A stretch of 64,000 nucleotides of DNA from an uncultured Lentimicrobiaceae bacterium (GTDB taxonomy: Bacteria > Bacteroidota > Bacteroidia > Bacteroidales > UBA4417). The position numbers and the translations under genes are program-made. The DNA is taken from assembly GCA_964544545.1 (NCBI GenBank), contig CAZJCG010000001.1:38073-102072 (forward strand), read 5' to 3'. This document shows, piece after piece, positions 1 through 10,027 of the stretch (position 1 is the stretch's first letter; the number at the start of each line of letters is the position of its first letter). The notes beneath the pieces were generated by a model. The model was not told the origin of the DNA and did not search any database. It was given only the letters and a program-made list of their open reading frames with translations.

Positions 1-236
1 AATCTGGGATGTCGCTTTTAATTATTTACCTGAAAACAAGAAACAAATAGAAAACATCCTGTTACTTGAAGATTAAGCAACGGACATAATAGTATCAGCC
101 CATACCCGGGTTTTCGCTCGTGCTTTTACAAGCTTTTTATAAAATTCCAAGTCTGTGCTTTTCAGGAAACTGAGTAAAAAAAACTTGCAGCAGTCAGTTT
201 GTAAACGTTAGGTGGTATTAAGAGAAACAGCATAAC

Positions 237-1121
237 ATGATATTATTCACAATATTAATTCTGATTATTTTCATTACTGCCATGAAAATTGATTTAGTTT
301 CTGACTGGTATAAGAGGATAATAACTCAACCCTATAATTATTATGTATTATTGGGATTACTGATAATAGGTTTTTTTGCACAATTGGATTATACAGACAG
401 ATGGGGATGCATAATAGGTGGAGAGTCAATTTTTGGTTTTAAGAATATACTTTTTTCAACGATTTCCATATTTCTAATTCTAACTTCATTTTTTCTGAAA
501 CCAAGGAGCTTAAAAATTACTTTGATGCTTACTGAATTAGCATTCTGGATCTTTAAGTTGTTTTATTTTAAAGGTGGCTACGTTGTCTCAGTTATTGCGG
601 CACCAGACCCAATCATTTCGTTTTATGATACAACGACTTTAGCTCTAAGATTTTTTATAATAAACGGATTACTAAGAAATGAAATGAAAACAGTTTATAT
701 CATTATTCTTACCTTGACAATAATGGCAATTAAAGTACTTGGATATCCAACTCAAATTAATATGCTTATCGAGGAGAAGAAAAGCTTACAAAGAGCGTCA
801 ATGACAAAAGATAAACTATATGGAGAATGGATTGGAATATATGAATATGATACTATCCACATGGATCAAACTACTCATATTATTGATCCTGTAAAAATTC
901 GCTTTGACACAAATTTGGTAATACTTTATAATTTTAAAGGTCTTGATAGTACTCTTCTAAAGGCAGAGTTTACCAATGAGTTTGGGGGCTTTTTAAATAC
1001 CGAGTCAAAAGATGATTGGGAAAATTGCTACAACTTCTGGATAAGGAATATCAGTCCTCATTCTTTAGACTTGGCAATACAACAATCTGTGATAAACTAT
1101 GAATTTAAAATGAAAAAATAA
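237..1121 (+). CDS. hypothetical multi-pass membrane protein with a soluble C-terminal domain of about 110 aa
   Basis: 294-aa ORF with an ATG start. The N-terminal two thirds consist of hydrophobic segments (ILFTILILIIFITA, YYVLLGLLIIGFFA, ILFSTISIFLILTSFFL, YIIILTLTIMAI). No family recognised. Much more AT-rich than most of the window. Confidence 0.5.
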   Translation: MILFTILILIIFITAMKIDLVSDWYKRIITQPYNYYVLLGLLIIGFFAQLDYTDRWGCIIGGESIFGFKNILFSTISIFLILTSFFLKPRSLKITLMLTELAFWIFKLFYFKGGYVVSVIAAPDPIISFYDTTTLALRFFIINGLLRNEMKTVYIIILTLTIMAIKVLGYPTQINMLIEEKKSLQRASMTKDKLYGEWIGIYEYDTIHMDQTTHIIDPVKIRFDTNLVILYNFKGLDSTLLKAEFTNEFGGFLNTESKDDWENCYNFWIRNISPHSLDLAIQQSVINYEFKMKK

Positions 1122-1322
1122 ACGACCCCTAATAGCTGGTATAGTGCATGCGAGTTTAGCTTGCTTAACTCCCTTAGGTCGGTTCAGCAGTTTTCGGAGT
1201 TTTGTGGCAGTAAAAACGTTGGAGTACTTGATTGGAAATCACTTTTTAATCCCGTTCTACATCATTCCATTAACCGTCAAACTCGATCGGAAAATCATCT
1301 TCAGTAACATTCAGAAAGAACA

Positions 1323-1364
1323 GGGGCGCAACGGAAGAATCAGGATATTCTTCCGTTTCGCCCC
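1323..1364. terminator. strong hairpin between convergent genes, candidate bidirectional terminator
   Basis: ggggcgcaacggaagaat (1323-1340) pairs with attcttccgtttcgcccc (1347-1364). This gives an 18-bp stem with one mismatch and a 6-nt loop. It lies between the 3' ends of 237-1121 (+) and 1435-1929 (-). Confidence 0.5.
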
Positions 1365-1434
1365 ATGTAACAATCTGTTTAAGTATCTGTTACGTTAGTA
1401 AGCTGAAAACTTCCATCGGAAATCTACCACTCAC

Positions 1435-1929
1435 TTATTTCTTCTTCGATTCGGTTTTGCCGGCAGGCTTTATCACCGGTTTCTTTACGGGAGGAGTTGC
1501 CTTGGTTGCAGGCGTGGCACCGGGTTTAACATCTTTTTTCCCGGCCTGGGGAGGGGTTGTTTTCTTCGGATTTCCCTTTTCATCCAGCCATACAGGCTGA
1601 CCTTTTTTACCGGTCTGCTTAACTGTCCCCTGTTTAGGTGTTTGTGTGGTTTTGCTGACAGCCGTGGTTCCGGGCTTTTTCACGGCAGGAGCAGTGGTCT
1701 TTCCGCCGCTCTTTTTGTAAGCATCGGCCTTTCTTTTTGCTTCTGCCTTTTGTTCCGGAGTCATTGCATCATATTTCTTCTTCATTTCGGCCTGGCGCTT
1801 TTTATTCTTTTCCAGGTTTTCCTGCTTTTGTTTATCGGCAGCCACACCGACATTCTGAGCATTTACTTCCCCAGCCCATAAAACCGAGCTGCAAAGCAGG
1901 GCTGCGGCTAAATAACTGATTGCTTTCAT
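1435..1929 (-). CDS. secreted lysine/proline/threonine-rich low-complexity protein
   Basis: ATG start. Signal peptide MKAISYLAAALLCSSVLWAGEVNA. The remainder is K/P/T/A-rich (KKPGTTAVSKTTQTPKQGTVKQTGKKGQP...) with no recognisable fold. Confidence 0.55.
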   Translation of the reverse strand: MKAISYLAAALLCSSVLWAGEVNAQNVGVAADKQKQENLEKNKKRQAEMKKKYDAMTPEQKAEAKRKADAYKKSGGKTTAPAVKKPGTTAVSKTTQTPKQGTVKQTGKKGQPVWLDEKGNPKKTTPPQAGKKDVKPGATPATKATPPVKKPVIKPAGKTESKKK

Positions 1930-1999
1930 GGTTAGATGTTTTTGGTAAGATTTAAAATGATCGCGGACTACTCAAACTCTGTGCCAACTCAGGAATATT

Positions 2000-3160
2000 C
2001 TATTTAATGTTCTTTTGCCATGCTTCTGTTCCTGATGCATCTGTTTTGTTCAGGAAAATATAACTGCCACCGCTGTTACTCATGCCGGTGAGGCTAAAAC
2101 CGCCATCGCTTTGTTGTACTACCCCAGTGCCCTGGTCTATCTGGTCACCTCCGTAAGTATGGGTCCAGCTTACCGAACCGGTTGCATCAAATTTAGTCAG
2201 GCTGACATTCTGATCTGAACTTCCCGACGCGCTGGTAATTCCTGCAATTGCATAACCACCGTCAGAGGTCTGAATCAGGCCTGTCCCGAAATCATAACCT
2301 TTCCCGCCTGTAGAGTCAGCCCAAATCTTATCCCCATTGAGGGTTGTTTTCATCAGGTAGACATCCTGTGCATTAGAACTGACGGCTCCGCCAATTACCA
2401 GGTTCCCGTCGGATGCTACGATTACCGAATAACCTATGCCCTGGCTGTAGGTCTTTGTCCACAGACTATCGCCTGATGCATTGATTTTCATCAGGAAAAT
2501 ATTGCCACAGCAATTCGACTGACCTGACAAAGAACCGGTGATATAGAAGCTGCTATCGCCGACAGGTGCAATTGAATATGCAGCGTCGTAAGTTGATGCA
2601 GATGAAGAAGAATAAGGAGTTCCGTATCGTTTTTGCCATACAAGTCCGCCTCCTGCCGTAACTTTCACGAGATAAAGATCTCTGTCGGCACCATAATTAT
2701 TCTGGATGAAGCCGCAGGCAATGTACCCTCCGTCGCCGGAAGAGGTAACTGAAAACCCTTGTGCTATGCTGTCGCCGCCGAAGGTGGTGAGCCAGAGTTT
2801 CTCCCCGTTCTCATTTACCTTCAGGATCATAAGATTTGTATAGCTGTCGGAATAGGTTCCGACAAACCCGGTTGCCACATAACCGCCATCGGTCGAAGGT
2901 ATCACCTTATACAGACCGTCGGAGTATATTCCCCCATAAAAGTAGCCCCACTGAACTGCCCCTTCGGGACTTACCTTGGTCAGATACCCATCGTAGTTAC
3001 CGATACCGCCTGTATTGAAGCCTGCAATGATCATGTTTCCGTCGTTTGCAGGTATGATGCAGTTACCACCGCGCAGATAGGCCTCATCAAAGTCGTCTTT
3101 CTGGCAGGAGAATAGTGCGAGGATGGTCAGGAGAAGCAGAGAAGGGAAAAGGAATTTCAT
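2000..3160 (-). CDS. lipoprotein with a repeated beta-propeller-like module
   Basis: Lipobox-like N-terminus (LTILALFSC). About 45-50-aa repeats each centred on [ST]xDGG[YF]xxxG (TDGGYVATGF, GDGGYIACGF, SDGNLVIGGA, SDGGYAIAGI, SDGGFSLTGM). Confidence 0.65.
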   Translation of the reverse strand: MKFLFPSLLLLTILALFSCQKDDFDEAYLRGGNCIIPANDGNMIIAGFNTGGIGNYDGYLTKVSPEGAVQWGYFYGGIYSDGLYKVIPSTDGGYVATGFVGTYSDSYTNLMILKVNENGEKLWLTTFGGDSIAQGFSVTSSGDGGYIACGFIQNNYGADRDLYLVKVTAGGGLVWQKRYGTPYSSSSASTYDAAYSIAPVGDSSFYITGSLSGQSNCCGNIFLMKINASGDSLWTKTYSQGIGYSVIVASDGNLVIGGAVSSNAQDVYLMKTTLNGDKIWADSTGGKGYDFGTGLIQTSDGGYAIAGITSASGSSDQNVSLTKFDATGSVSWTHTYGGDQIDQGTGVVQQSDGGFSLTGMSNSGGSYIFLNKTDASGTEAWQKNIK

Positions 3161-3237
3161 GGTAAAACTTTAGGATTGAATGTAAATTGGAAGCACCTCA
3201 CAAAATTAACGAATGTTGGCGTGATATCCGGGAAACG

Positions 3238-3702
3238 TTACCACGAAGTGAAAGGGAACCGGGCCAGGCTGGTATTGAGATAACGATTGTCGCCGGTAAC
3301 CTCTTCCCCTACCCAGGGAGGCAGTTCAACATGTTCGTTTCTTTCGTCCAGTTCAACTTCCGCCAGCCATAACCCCTGGTTTTCTCCGTGAAATTCATCC
3401 ACTTCCCAGAGATGCCCGCCCCAGACAATCAGCCTTCTGGTCTTATTGATCAATGGCTTCCGGCAGAATTGCTCCAGCATGTATCCGGCGTCGTCGAACG
3501 GTATCTCATACTCAAATTCCACCCGTACTCCGTCGTTATCAGGTCCTTTGATGGTTATGAAAGACTGATGGCCTGAAATCCGTATTCGTATGGAGTTTCC
3601 TTCGTCCGACTGCAGGTATCCCTGCCGGATAGTAGTCCCGTCAAGCCCGGAGGGAAAAAGTTCCGGATGCACCAAGAATTTCCGTTCGATTTCAAGCGGC
3701 AT
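3238..3702 (-). CDS. CYTH domain protein (CyaB/ThTPase-like triphosphate tunnel enzyme)
   Basis: The N-terminal MPLEIERKFLV carries the ExExK signature of CYTH domains. The 154-aa size is typical. Confidence 0.85.
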   Translation of the reverse strand: MPLEIERKFLVHPELFPSGLDGTTIRQGYLQSDEGNSIRIRISGHQSFITIKGPDNDGVRVEFEYEIPFDDAGYMLEQFCRKPLINKTRRLIVWGGHLWEVDEFHGENQGLWLAEVELDERNEHVELPPWVGEEVTGDNRYLNTSLARFPFTSW

Positions 3703-3742
3703 ATAATTGTCGTTGTATCTGATCTGTTTTCTATTCTGCGAA

Positions 3743-5893
3743 TCAGTTCCGGATATCCAGTTCCCTGATCAGATTGGTTGCACCCGCATATTTATCGATG
3801 ATGAACAATACATAGCGGATGTCAACACAAATCGTCCTTTGGAGTGCCGGTTCAAAGGCATAGTTCCCGCTCATTGCCTCCCAGTTACCATCGAACGCGA
3901 GTCCGATCAGTTGTCCGTCTCCATTCAGCACCGGGCTTCCCGAGTTGCCACCCGTGATATCATTATCCGTCAGGAATGCCACGACCATCTTCCCGTCTTT
4001 GCCGTATGGTCCATAATCCTTTGCCTTATAGAGTTCCTTCAGCTTTTCAGGAACGATGAATTCCCAGCTCGTCGGATCTTCTTTCTGCATGATACCGTCG
4101 AGGGTGGTAACATAATCATAGTCGACTGCATCGGCAGGACTGTAATCGAGCACCTTCCCGTAGGTCAAGCGCATGGTACTGTTGGCATCAGGGTAGAATT
4201 TCTGATCCGGAAGCATTTCTCTGAGGCCTTTTACATAAAGCCTGCGCCCGTTCGTCAGCAGTTCCTGTCCGGGCTTCACCAGACTGTCGAGCAACTGGCT
4301 GTTGGCTGTAAATGCTTTCTGCAGTATCCAGGCCGGGTCCTTCTCCAAAGCTTTACGTGAGGGTGCTGTAAGGAAACGGTCAACTTTATCCTGGCTGGCG
4401 AACATCGATTTGGAGAATAGTTTCGCGGCATACAGGTTGAAATCGCCTTTGTATTGTTTCGCAATTTTATTCAGATAGTCAGGTTGCTGGGCCTGCGGGA
4501 CATCCTCGCGGAAGAGTTGCAGCATGGCAGCCAGCATTTTCTGGTCCGTTGGCGCATTGTAATTCTTGAAATACTGAGCAGCAGCATCCTGAGCTTTGTC
4601 GCTAAGACTCTTTATCAATTTGGGATCGGGATTGCTTTTTGCCAGTTCCCTGGAAAGGTTTTCGAACTGGCGGGTAAAAGCGATGATCTCACACCCCCTC
4701 ATGATGGCTTCGGAACTATACCGGATAGCAGTCTCATATTTATTGATGATGTTATAAGCCTTATCGATGTTGAAGAGTGCGTCGCGGTATATGGGAATCC
4801 TGTCACGGTTGGCATTCACCCAATCGGCAAACTGCTTTTCCAGTTCCCGTTTGCGTTCTTCAACATTCAGCCGTTTGAGCCCTTTATTCTGTCCGATATA
4901 GAATTTCCAGTAGTTTGCCGAGCCCGCATACTTGGAAGCGTACTTGATCCTCACTTCAGGGTCGGCATTCATGTCTTCCTTCAGAATAGCCAGTTTCCGC
5001 GTGCGGATCTTGACCACCGCCGGATTGTTATGTTCCAGAGCCCAGTCGATTGTGCCTGATGTTGCATAGCGGTCGGTGGTCCCGGGATAGCCAAGTATCA
5101 TGGCGAAGTCATTTTTCTGAACGCCTTTTAAAGATACCGGCAGAAATTGACGCGGTTTTAAGGGTACATTATTCTTATCGTACTCAGCCGGTTTGTTCTC
5201 CCGGTTGGCATACACCCGGAAGACTGAGAAATCGCCGGTATGCCTGGGCCACATCCAGTTATCGGAATCTGCTCCGAATTTGCCGATAGAAGAAGGCGGC
5301 GCACCAACAAGCCTAACATCTTTAAATACCTCATAAATAAAAAGGTAGTATTCATTCCCATTGAAGAATGAACTCACCCTGGCTTCGTATTGCGTCCCCT
5401 TGGTGGCGTTGGTTTCAAGTTTACGGATGTTCTCCCTGATCTTTGCAGCGCGCTCGGTCTCGTTCATACTCTCCGAAACATCTGCCTGTGCAGCAGCAGT
5501 TACATCCTGCATGCTGACCAGAAAACGGACCGAAAGACCGGGGATGGGCAATTCTTCCTCATAGCGGGCAGCCCAGAATCCATCCGTCAGGTAGTCGTGA
5601 TCGACAGTGCTCTGCGATTGTATTGCGCCATATCCGCAATGATGGTTTGTAAAAAGCAATCCCTGCCCGGAAACGATCTCCCCGGTGCATCCGCCGCCAA
5701 AATGTACAATGGCATCTTTCAGGCTATTGTGATTGATGCTGTAGATTTCTTCAGCAGTAAGGTGAAGGCCTTCTTTCTGCATATCAACATAGTTAAGGCG
5801 TTCGATGAACAGGGGCAGCCACATGCCTTCATCGGCATAAGCCCGCACCATGAATGAACCCAGAACCAGTACGAGGAACAGTATCCTTTTCAT
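3743..5893 (-). CDS. S46 family dipeptidyl-peptidase (DPP7/DPP11-like)
   Basis: Signal peptide followed by ADEGMWLP, HHCGY (catalytic His region) and GGNSGSPV (catalytic Ser). About 716 aa. The ATG at 5893 is preferred over the TTG at 5902 used by the ORF track. Confidence 0.9.
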   Translation of the reverse strand: MKRILFLVLVLGSFMVRAYADEGMWLPLFIERLNYVDMQKEGLHLTAEEIYSINHNSLKDAIVHFGGGCTGEIVSGQGLLFTNHHCGYGAIQSQSTVDHDYLTDGFWAARYEEELPIPGLSVRFLVSMQDVTAAAQADVSESMNETERAAKIRENIRKLETNATKGTQYEARVSSFFNGNEYYLFIYEVFKDVRLVGAPPSSIGKFGADSDNWMWPRHTGDFSVFRVYANRENKPAEYDKNNVPLKPRQFLPVSLKGVQKNDFAMILGYPGTTDRYATSGTIDWALEHNNPAVVKIRTRKLAILKEDMNADPEVRIKYASKYAGSANYWKFYIGQNKGLKRLNVEERKRELEKQFADWVNANRDRIPIYRDALFNIDKAYNIINKYETAIRYSSEAIMRGCEIIAFTRQFENLSRELAKSNPDPKLIKSLSDKAQDAAAQYFKNYNAPTDQKMLAAMLQLFREDVPQAQQPDYLNKIAKQYKGDFNLYAAKLFSKSMFASQDKVDRFLTAPSRKALEKDPAWILQKAFTANSQLLDSLVKPGQELLTNGRRLYVKGLREMLPDQKFYPDANSTMRLTYGKVLDYSPADAVDYDYVTTLDGIMQKEDPTSWEFIVPEKLKELYKAKDYGPYGKDGKMVVAFLTDNDITGGNSGSPVLNGDGQLIGLAFDGNWEAMSGNYAFEPALQRTICVDIRYVLFIIDKYAGATNLIRELDIRN

Positions 5894-5926
5894 ATCTATC
5901 AAAACGTTGAGGTTATTATTGATCCG

Positions 5927-7018
5927 TTAAATGTACCTTTCGCCTTTCTTTTCCCTGACAGCATCGACGTATTCGCGGATATGCTGCTCATCGCTCCTGC
6001 GACAGATGAGGAGGATATCGTTCTCATCCACCACGATATAGTCATCAAGGCCCTGGATCATCGCCACTTTTTCATCGGGCAGGGTTATGATGCAGTTCCG
6101 GGTGCCGGAGGTAATGACCGAGTTGCCAACAATGGCGTTATTATCCTGGTTTTTGGTACGGGCTTCGAATAATGATCCCCAGGTACCCAGGTCCGACCAG
6201 CCAAAATCGGAAGGAATCACATAAACATTGTCGGCTTTTTCCATGACCCCATAGTCGATTGAAATGCTAGTGCAGATAGTATAGGCAGTCTTGATGTAAT
6301 CATTTTCAAGCGGGGTAAAGTAGGCCGATTGGCCGTCGCGGAAAATGGAGTTTACATCGGCAAGGTGGGTGGAGAAGGCATTCAGGATACTCCTGAGGGA
6401 CCAGATGAATATACCGGAGTTCCAAAGGAAGTCACCACTCTGGAGAAAAGATACTGCCAGGTCGTAATGAGGCTTTTCCGTGAATGTCTTTACTTTCCTG
6501 ACAATTCCTTCCGGGCCGAAGGACCGTGAATCATCGAACTGGATATAGCCGTAGCCTGTATCCGGCCGGCTGGGCATGATCCCGAGGGTGATCAGCCAAT
6601 CGTTTGCAGAAGCAGCTTCGAGAGCCTTCCGGAGGGTTTCGGTGAAAACCTCTTCCCGAAGGATAATATGATCGGAAGGAGCGACCACGATATTGGCATC
6701 CGGGTTTAATTTGGCGATTTTATGGCATGCATAAGCTATACAGGGCGCCGTATTGCGCCGCACAGGTTCGCACAGTATGTGGTCCGGTACAATATCAGGC
6801 AACTGTTCCTGCACCAGTTCACAATAAAGATCATGGGTAACAACAAAAATATTCTCCGGCGGACATATCGAAGTAAGTCGCCGGAAAGTCTGCTGGATAA
6901 GGGTTTCGCCAGTTCCAAGGATATCGATGAACTGTTTGGGGCGCATTGTACGGCTCATAGGCCAAAACCGGGCTCCCACTCCACCGGCCATGATGACACA
7001 ATAGTTGTTGTTGCTCAT
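5927..7018 (-). CDS. mannose-1-phosphate guanylyltransferase (nucleotidyltransferase-only form)
   Basis: N-terminal VIMAGGVGARFWPMSR nucleotidyltransferase motif. The 363-aa size indicates no C-terminal isomerase domain. Confidence 0.85.
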   Translation of the reverse strand: MSNNNYCVIMAGGVGARFWPMSRTMRPKQFIDILGTGETLIQQTFRRLTSICPPENIFVVTHDLYCELVQEQLPDIVPDHILCEPVRRNTAPCIAYACHKIAKLNPDANIVVAPSDHIILREEVFTETLRKALEAASANDWLITLGIMPSRPDTGYGYIQFDDSRSFGPEGIVRKVKTFTEKPHYDLAVSFLQSGDFLWNSGIFIWSLRSILNAFSTHLADVNSIFRDGQSAYFTPLENDYIKTAYTICTSISIDYGVMEKADNVYVIPSDFGWSDLGTWGSLFEARTKNQDNNAIVGNSVITSGTRNCIITLPDEKVAMIQGLDDYIVVDENDILLICRRSDEQHIREYVDAVREKKGERYI

Positions 7019-7094
7019 TGATTGTTGGTTAAATATTGAGGGTTATATAACAATACGGTAAGGTGACCTCCCGACAAATGTAATAAAAGGCGTT

Positions 7095-7724
7095 TCAATG
7101 TTTGGTTTCCACCGGAATAATTTGGGCACAGCCCGAAACCAGGTAGTACCGCCGGTTGGCCGGGCAATAGCATTTGTAACGCGTACGCATTTTCTGCAGC
7201 TTAACAAACGTTCTCCCGTCGTGTAAACGGAAAGATTCGTTCAGGTTCAGATCCGCCAGGGTAAACAGAGGTTCCTGCCCGTCGAGGCTTTGGATCAGCT
7301 GCTGGAAGGCAACATCGCGCTGAAAAGAAGCCGGTGTCTTCCTGAAAAAATGAAGTAAACCGTCTTTAAAGGACTCAGGTAGTCTGCTATCCTGAAAAAG
7401 AGGAAGAGCCAATTCCTGAAACAGGGATTTCCATTCGGTGCCATGCGGAGCTGCTCTTCTGCCATGCTTATTCCAGACAGCCAGATGTGCCAGTTCATGC
7501 AGGAACACCAGCAGGAACATGTGAGGTCCCAGGTCGTTGTTGATACTGATCAACGGCAATATACCTCCGGATGAGGCCCGGAAACTGCCCAGTTTTTGTT
7601 TCCTTGGACGGGTTATGTGAAACCGGAAACGGTACCGCTGAAAGTACTCTTTCACCAGCGGACGTGTACTTTCAGGAAAAAAAGCCAGGATTTCAGCAGG
7701 AACTTCAGGCACGGCCGGATACAT
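7095..7724 (-). CDS. SprT-like zinc metalloprotease domain protein
   Basis: HELAH zinc-binding motif within LVFLHELAHLAVW. C-terminal Cys-containing segment (YKCYCPANRRYYLVSGC). Confidence 0.7.
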   Translation of the reverse strand: MYPAVPEVPAEILAFFPESTRPLVKEYFQRYRFRFHITRPRKQKLGSFRASSGGILPLISINNDLGPHMFLLVFLHELAHLAVWNKHGRRAAPHGTEWKSLFQELALPLFQDSRLPESFKDGLLHFFRKTPASFQRDVAFQQLIQSLDGQEPLFTLADLNLNESFRLHDGRTFVKLQKMRTRYKCYCPANRRYYLVSGCAQIIPVETKH

Positions 7725-7908
7725 TCGGTTGGGAAGGGACAGCTTTTACCGGCATCTCAAGGTAACATCCGCATCGGTTCCTGCCCGTACTGGGAGGCGT
7801 CCTGTGCCAGTTGCGGTTCTGGTAAGCCGATGCGCATCCTTCAGTCAGGAACACAATGGCAATAACGGCGAACAGGCATATCAGGCGGGATGAAATCTTG
7901 CGAAGCAT
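7705..7908 (-). CDS. candidate small lipoprotein
   Basis: ATG start. Signal/lipobox-like MLRKISSRLICLFAVIAIVFLTEGC. It overlaps the SprT-like start by 20 nt. No family recognised. Confidence 0.3.
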   Translation of the reverse strand: MLRKISSRLICLFAVIAIVFLTEGCASAYQNRNWHRTPPSTGRNRCGCYLEMPVKAVPSQPNVSGRA

Positions 7909-7990
7909 GGCGGGAATTTCTGGTGCAAAGGAACTAAAACTTCCGTGATAAGCTAAATTTACGCTAATTTAGCAGTACTTATTGTGCCCA

Positions 7991-8731
7991 ATGAAGATTT
8001 TGTATCACTTCGGACGATATCTTAACCTGTTGCTCAAGGTCTTCAAGCAACCGGAAAAAATGGCGGTATACCGCCGGCAGTTCATCGTTGAGGTTGAGAA
8101 CCTGGGTATGGCCTCCGTCTGGATCGTTGCGATCATTTCGGTGTTCATGGGGGCGGTGCTGACCATACAGATGGCGATTAATATCGACTCACCGCTTGTG
8201 CCCATTTATACTATCGGTTTTGCTACGCGTCAGAGCATCGTCCTGGAATTTGCCCCGACCATTATCAGCCTGATCCTCTGCGGCAAGGTCGGTTCGCGCA
8301 TTGCATCCGAGATCGGAACCATGCGGGTTACCGAGCAGATCGACGCGCTGGAGGCAATGGGCATCAACTCAGCGTCCTATCTCATCCTGCCTAAAATCAT
8401 GGCAGCCATGTTCATCTTCCCTTTTCTGATCATGATGAGCATGGTACTGGGAGTGATCGGAGGTTGGGCGGCAGGAACCGCAACCGGATCCATCACCTCC
8501 TATGGCTATATTTATGGCATCCAGTCATTTTTTCACATGTATGATATCTGGTATGCACTCATCAAAACGGTGGTTTTTGCATTCATCATCACTTCCATAT
8601 CCTCGTATCACGGATATTACACGCAGGGCGGAGCGCTGGAAGTAGGCAATGCCAGCACCGACGGGGTCGTATATAGCAGTATAGCGATCATCTTTTCCAA
8701 CCTGATCCTCACCCAACTCCTTCTGGCATGA
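7991..8731 (+). CDS. mlaE: MlaE-family ABC transporter permease
   Basis: Multi-TM protein with the MlaE-type EQIDALE motif (MRVTEQIDALEAMG). ATGA overlap with the downstream ATPase. ATG at 7991 preferred over TTG at 7982. Confidence 0.85.
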   Translation: MKILYHFGRYLNLLLKVFKQPEKMAVYRRQFIVEVENLGMASVWIVAIISVFMGAVLTIQMAINIDSPLVPIYTIGFATRQSIVLEFAPTIISLILCGKVGSRIASEIGTMRVTEQIDALEAMGINSASYLILPKIMAAMFIFPFLIMMSMVLGVIGGWAAGTATGSITSYGYIYGIQSFFHMYDIWYALIKTVVFAFIITSISSYHGYYTQGGALEVGNASTDGVVYSSIAIIFSNLILTQLLLA

Positions 8732-9477
8732 TCGAAGGTCTCCATATCACTAAAAAATACGGCAGCAATACAGTGTTGGAGGATGTTACCGTTCGTTTCG
8801 AACAGGGTAAGACCAACCTTATCATCGGGCAGAGCGGCATGGGAAAAACGGTGCTGCTGAAATGCCTGGTTGGGCTGATCGAGTTTGAGCAGGGCCAGGT
8901 TTTTTATGATAATCGTCCGTTCTCCGAGATGTCCTTCAACGAAAAGAAGACGATCCGGCAGGAAATCGGCATGCTGTTCCAGGGCGGGGCTTTGTTCGAT
9001 TCTCTAACGGCCGAACAAAATGTGATGTTCCCGCTTACCATGTTCACATCGATGACCCTGGCCGAGAAAATTGAGCGGGTTAACTTCTGCCTTGCGCGGG
9101 TAAACCTGGTCAACGCCAACAAGCTTTATCCCTCCGAGTTAAGTGGAGGCATGAAAAAGCGTGTTGCCATTGCCCGTGCCATTTCCTTGAATCCCCGTTA
9201 TCTTTTCTGCGACGAACCGAACTCAGGACTTGATCCGCAGACAGCCAACCTGATCGATGAACTGATCAGCGAGATCACGGTCGAATTCAACATGACAACC
9301 GTCGTAGTAACCCACGATATGAACTCAGTGCTGGAAATCGGGCAGAAAATCTATTTCCTGTATAAGGGGAAACTATGGTGGGAAGGTAATCGCGACAACA
9401 TCCTGCTGACCGACAATACTGAGCTGAAGGCTTTTGTATTCAACTCCGAACTCACCAAAAGGCTAAGGCCTTCCTGA
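8728..9477 (+). CDS. mlaF: ABC transporter ATP-binding protein (MlaF-like)
   Basis: Walker A GQSGMGKT, ABC signature LSGGMKKR, Walker B LFCDEP. Translationally coupled to the MlaE-like gene. Confidence 0.85.
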   Translation: MIEGLHITKKYGSNTVLEDVTVRFEQGKTNLIIGQSGMGKTVLLKCLVGLIEFEQGQVFYDNRPFSEMSFNEKKTIRQEIGMLFQGGALFDSLTAEQNVMFPLTMFTSMTLAEKIERVNFCLARVNLVNANKLYPSELSGGMKKRVAIARAISLNPRYLFCDEPNSGLDPQTANLIDELISEITVEFNMTTVVVTHDMNSVLEIGQKIYFLYKGKLWWEGNRDNILLTDNTELKAFVFNSELTKRLRPS

Positions 9478-9490
9478 AGCGCTCTCCGGT

Positions 9491-10027
9491 ATGAACACCC
9501 TCGACATCATCCTGCTCGTGCCGTTGGCGTATTTTGCTTATAAGGGATTCACCAAGGGATTTGTGATAACCCTAGCCATGTTCGCTGGAATCCTGATCGG
9601 ATTTTATGCTGCGATCCATTTTTCGGAATACGCTGCCGGATTTCTGAAAGAAAAGCTGGACCTGAACAGCGACAACCTGAAGATGATCTCCTATGTCGTC
9701 ACTTTTATTGTAGCACTGGTTCTGGTATTCATGCTGGGGCAGTTCCTTTCGGGAGTTGTCAAGACCACCGGGCTTGGGTTTGTAAACCGCCTGGGAGGAC
9801 TTTTGCTGGGCGTGCTAAAAGGGATGCTGATCATTTCAGCGTTTGTGGTGCTTTTCGGAAAGATCGACCCGAAATCGCATCTTATACCGGCCCATTCAAA
9901 GCAGGAATCAGTATTGTACAAGCCTGTATCAGCCCTGGCACCAAAGATATTTCCGGTACTGAAAAAATATACCGATAAGGTCAAAGACCTGATGTTTGAC
10001 GAAAAACCGGAACAAACCGGCAGCTGA
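9491..10027 (+). CDS. CvpA family membrane protein
   Basis: N-terminus MNTLDIILLVPLAYFAYKGFTKGF and a four-TM layout typical of CvpA/colicin V production proteins. Confidence 0.8.
   Translation: MNTLDIILLVPLAYFAYKGFTKGFVITLAMFAGILIGFYAAIHFSEYAAGFLKEKLDLNSDNLKMISYVVTFIVALVLVFMLGQFLSGVVKTTGLGFVNRLGGLLLGVLKGMLIISAFVVLFGKIDPKSHLIPAHSKQESVLYKPVSALAPKIFPVLKKYTDKVKDLMFDEKPEQTGS

Noticed and set aside
2-76. Possible 3' end of a plus-strand gene (…IWDVAFNYLPENKKQIENILLLED-stop) at the window edge.
   Set aside because: Only 25 codons are visible and no family can be recognised, so the evidence is insufficient to call a feature.
1144-1398. 84-aa ORF in the convergent intergenic region.
   Set aside because: The start is non-ATG (GTG). 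It overlaps the strong hairpin at 1323-1364. It shows no motifs or typical signal/TM logic, so it is most likely non-coding.
3707-4360. 217-aa plus-strand ORF, and many similar long ORFs antisense to confident genes. Examples: 22993-23631, 30144-31007, 42362-43045, 44893-45573, 51066-51605, 56836-57558, 58393-59100, 60033-60734.
   Set aside because: Each lies entirely within a well-supported gene on the opposite strand. The translations are low-complexity (R/G/H/P-rich) with no recognisable motifs. This is typical of shadow ORFs in moderately GC-rich coding DNA.
7982-10027. Absence of an MlaD (MCE) gene after mlaE-mlaF as a possible anomaly.
   Set aside because: Mla components are often split between loci, and the window is too small to judge. 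It is not evidence of anything unusual by itself.
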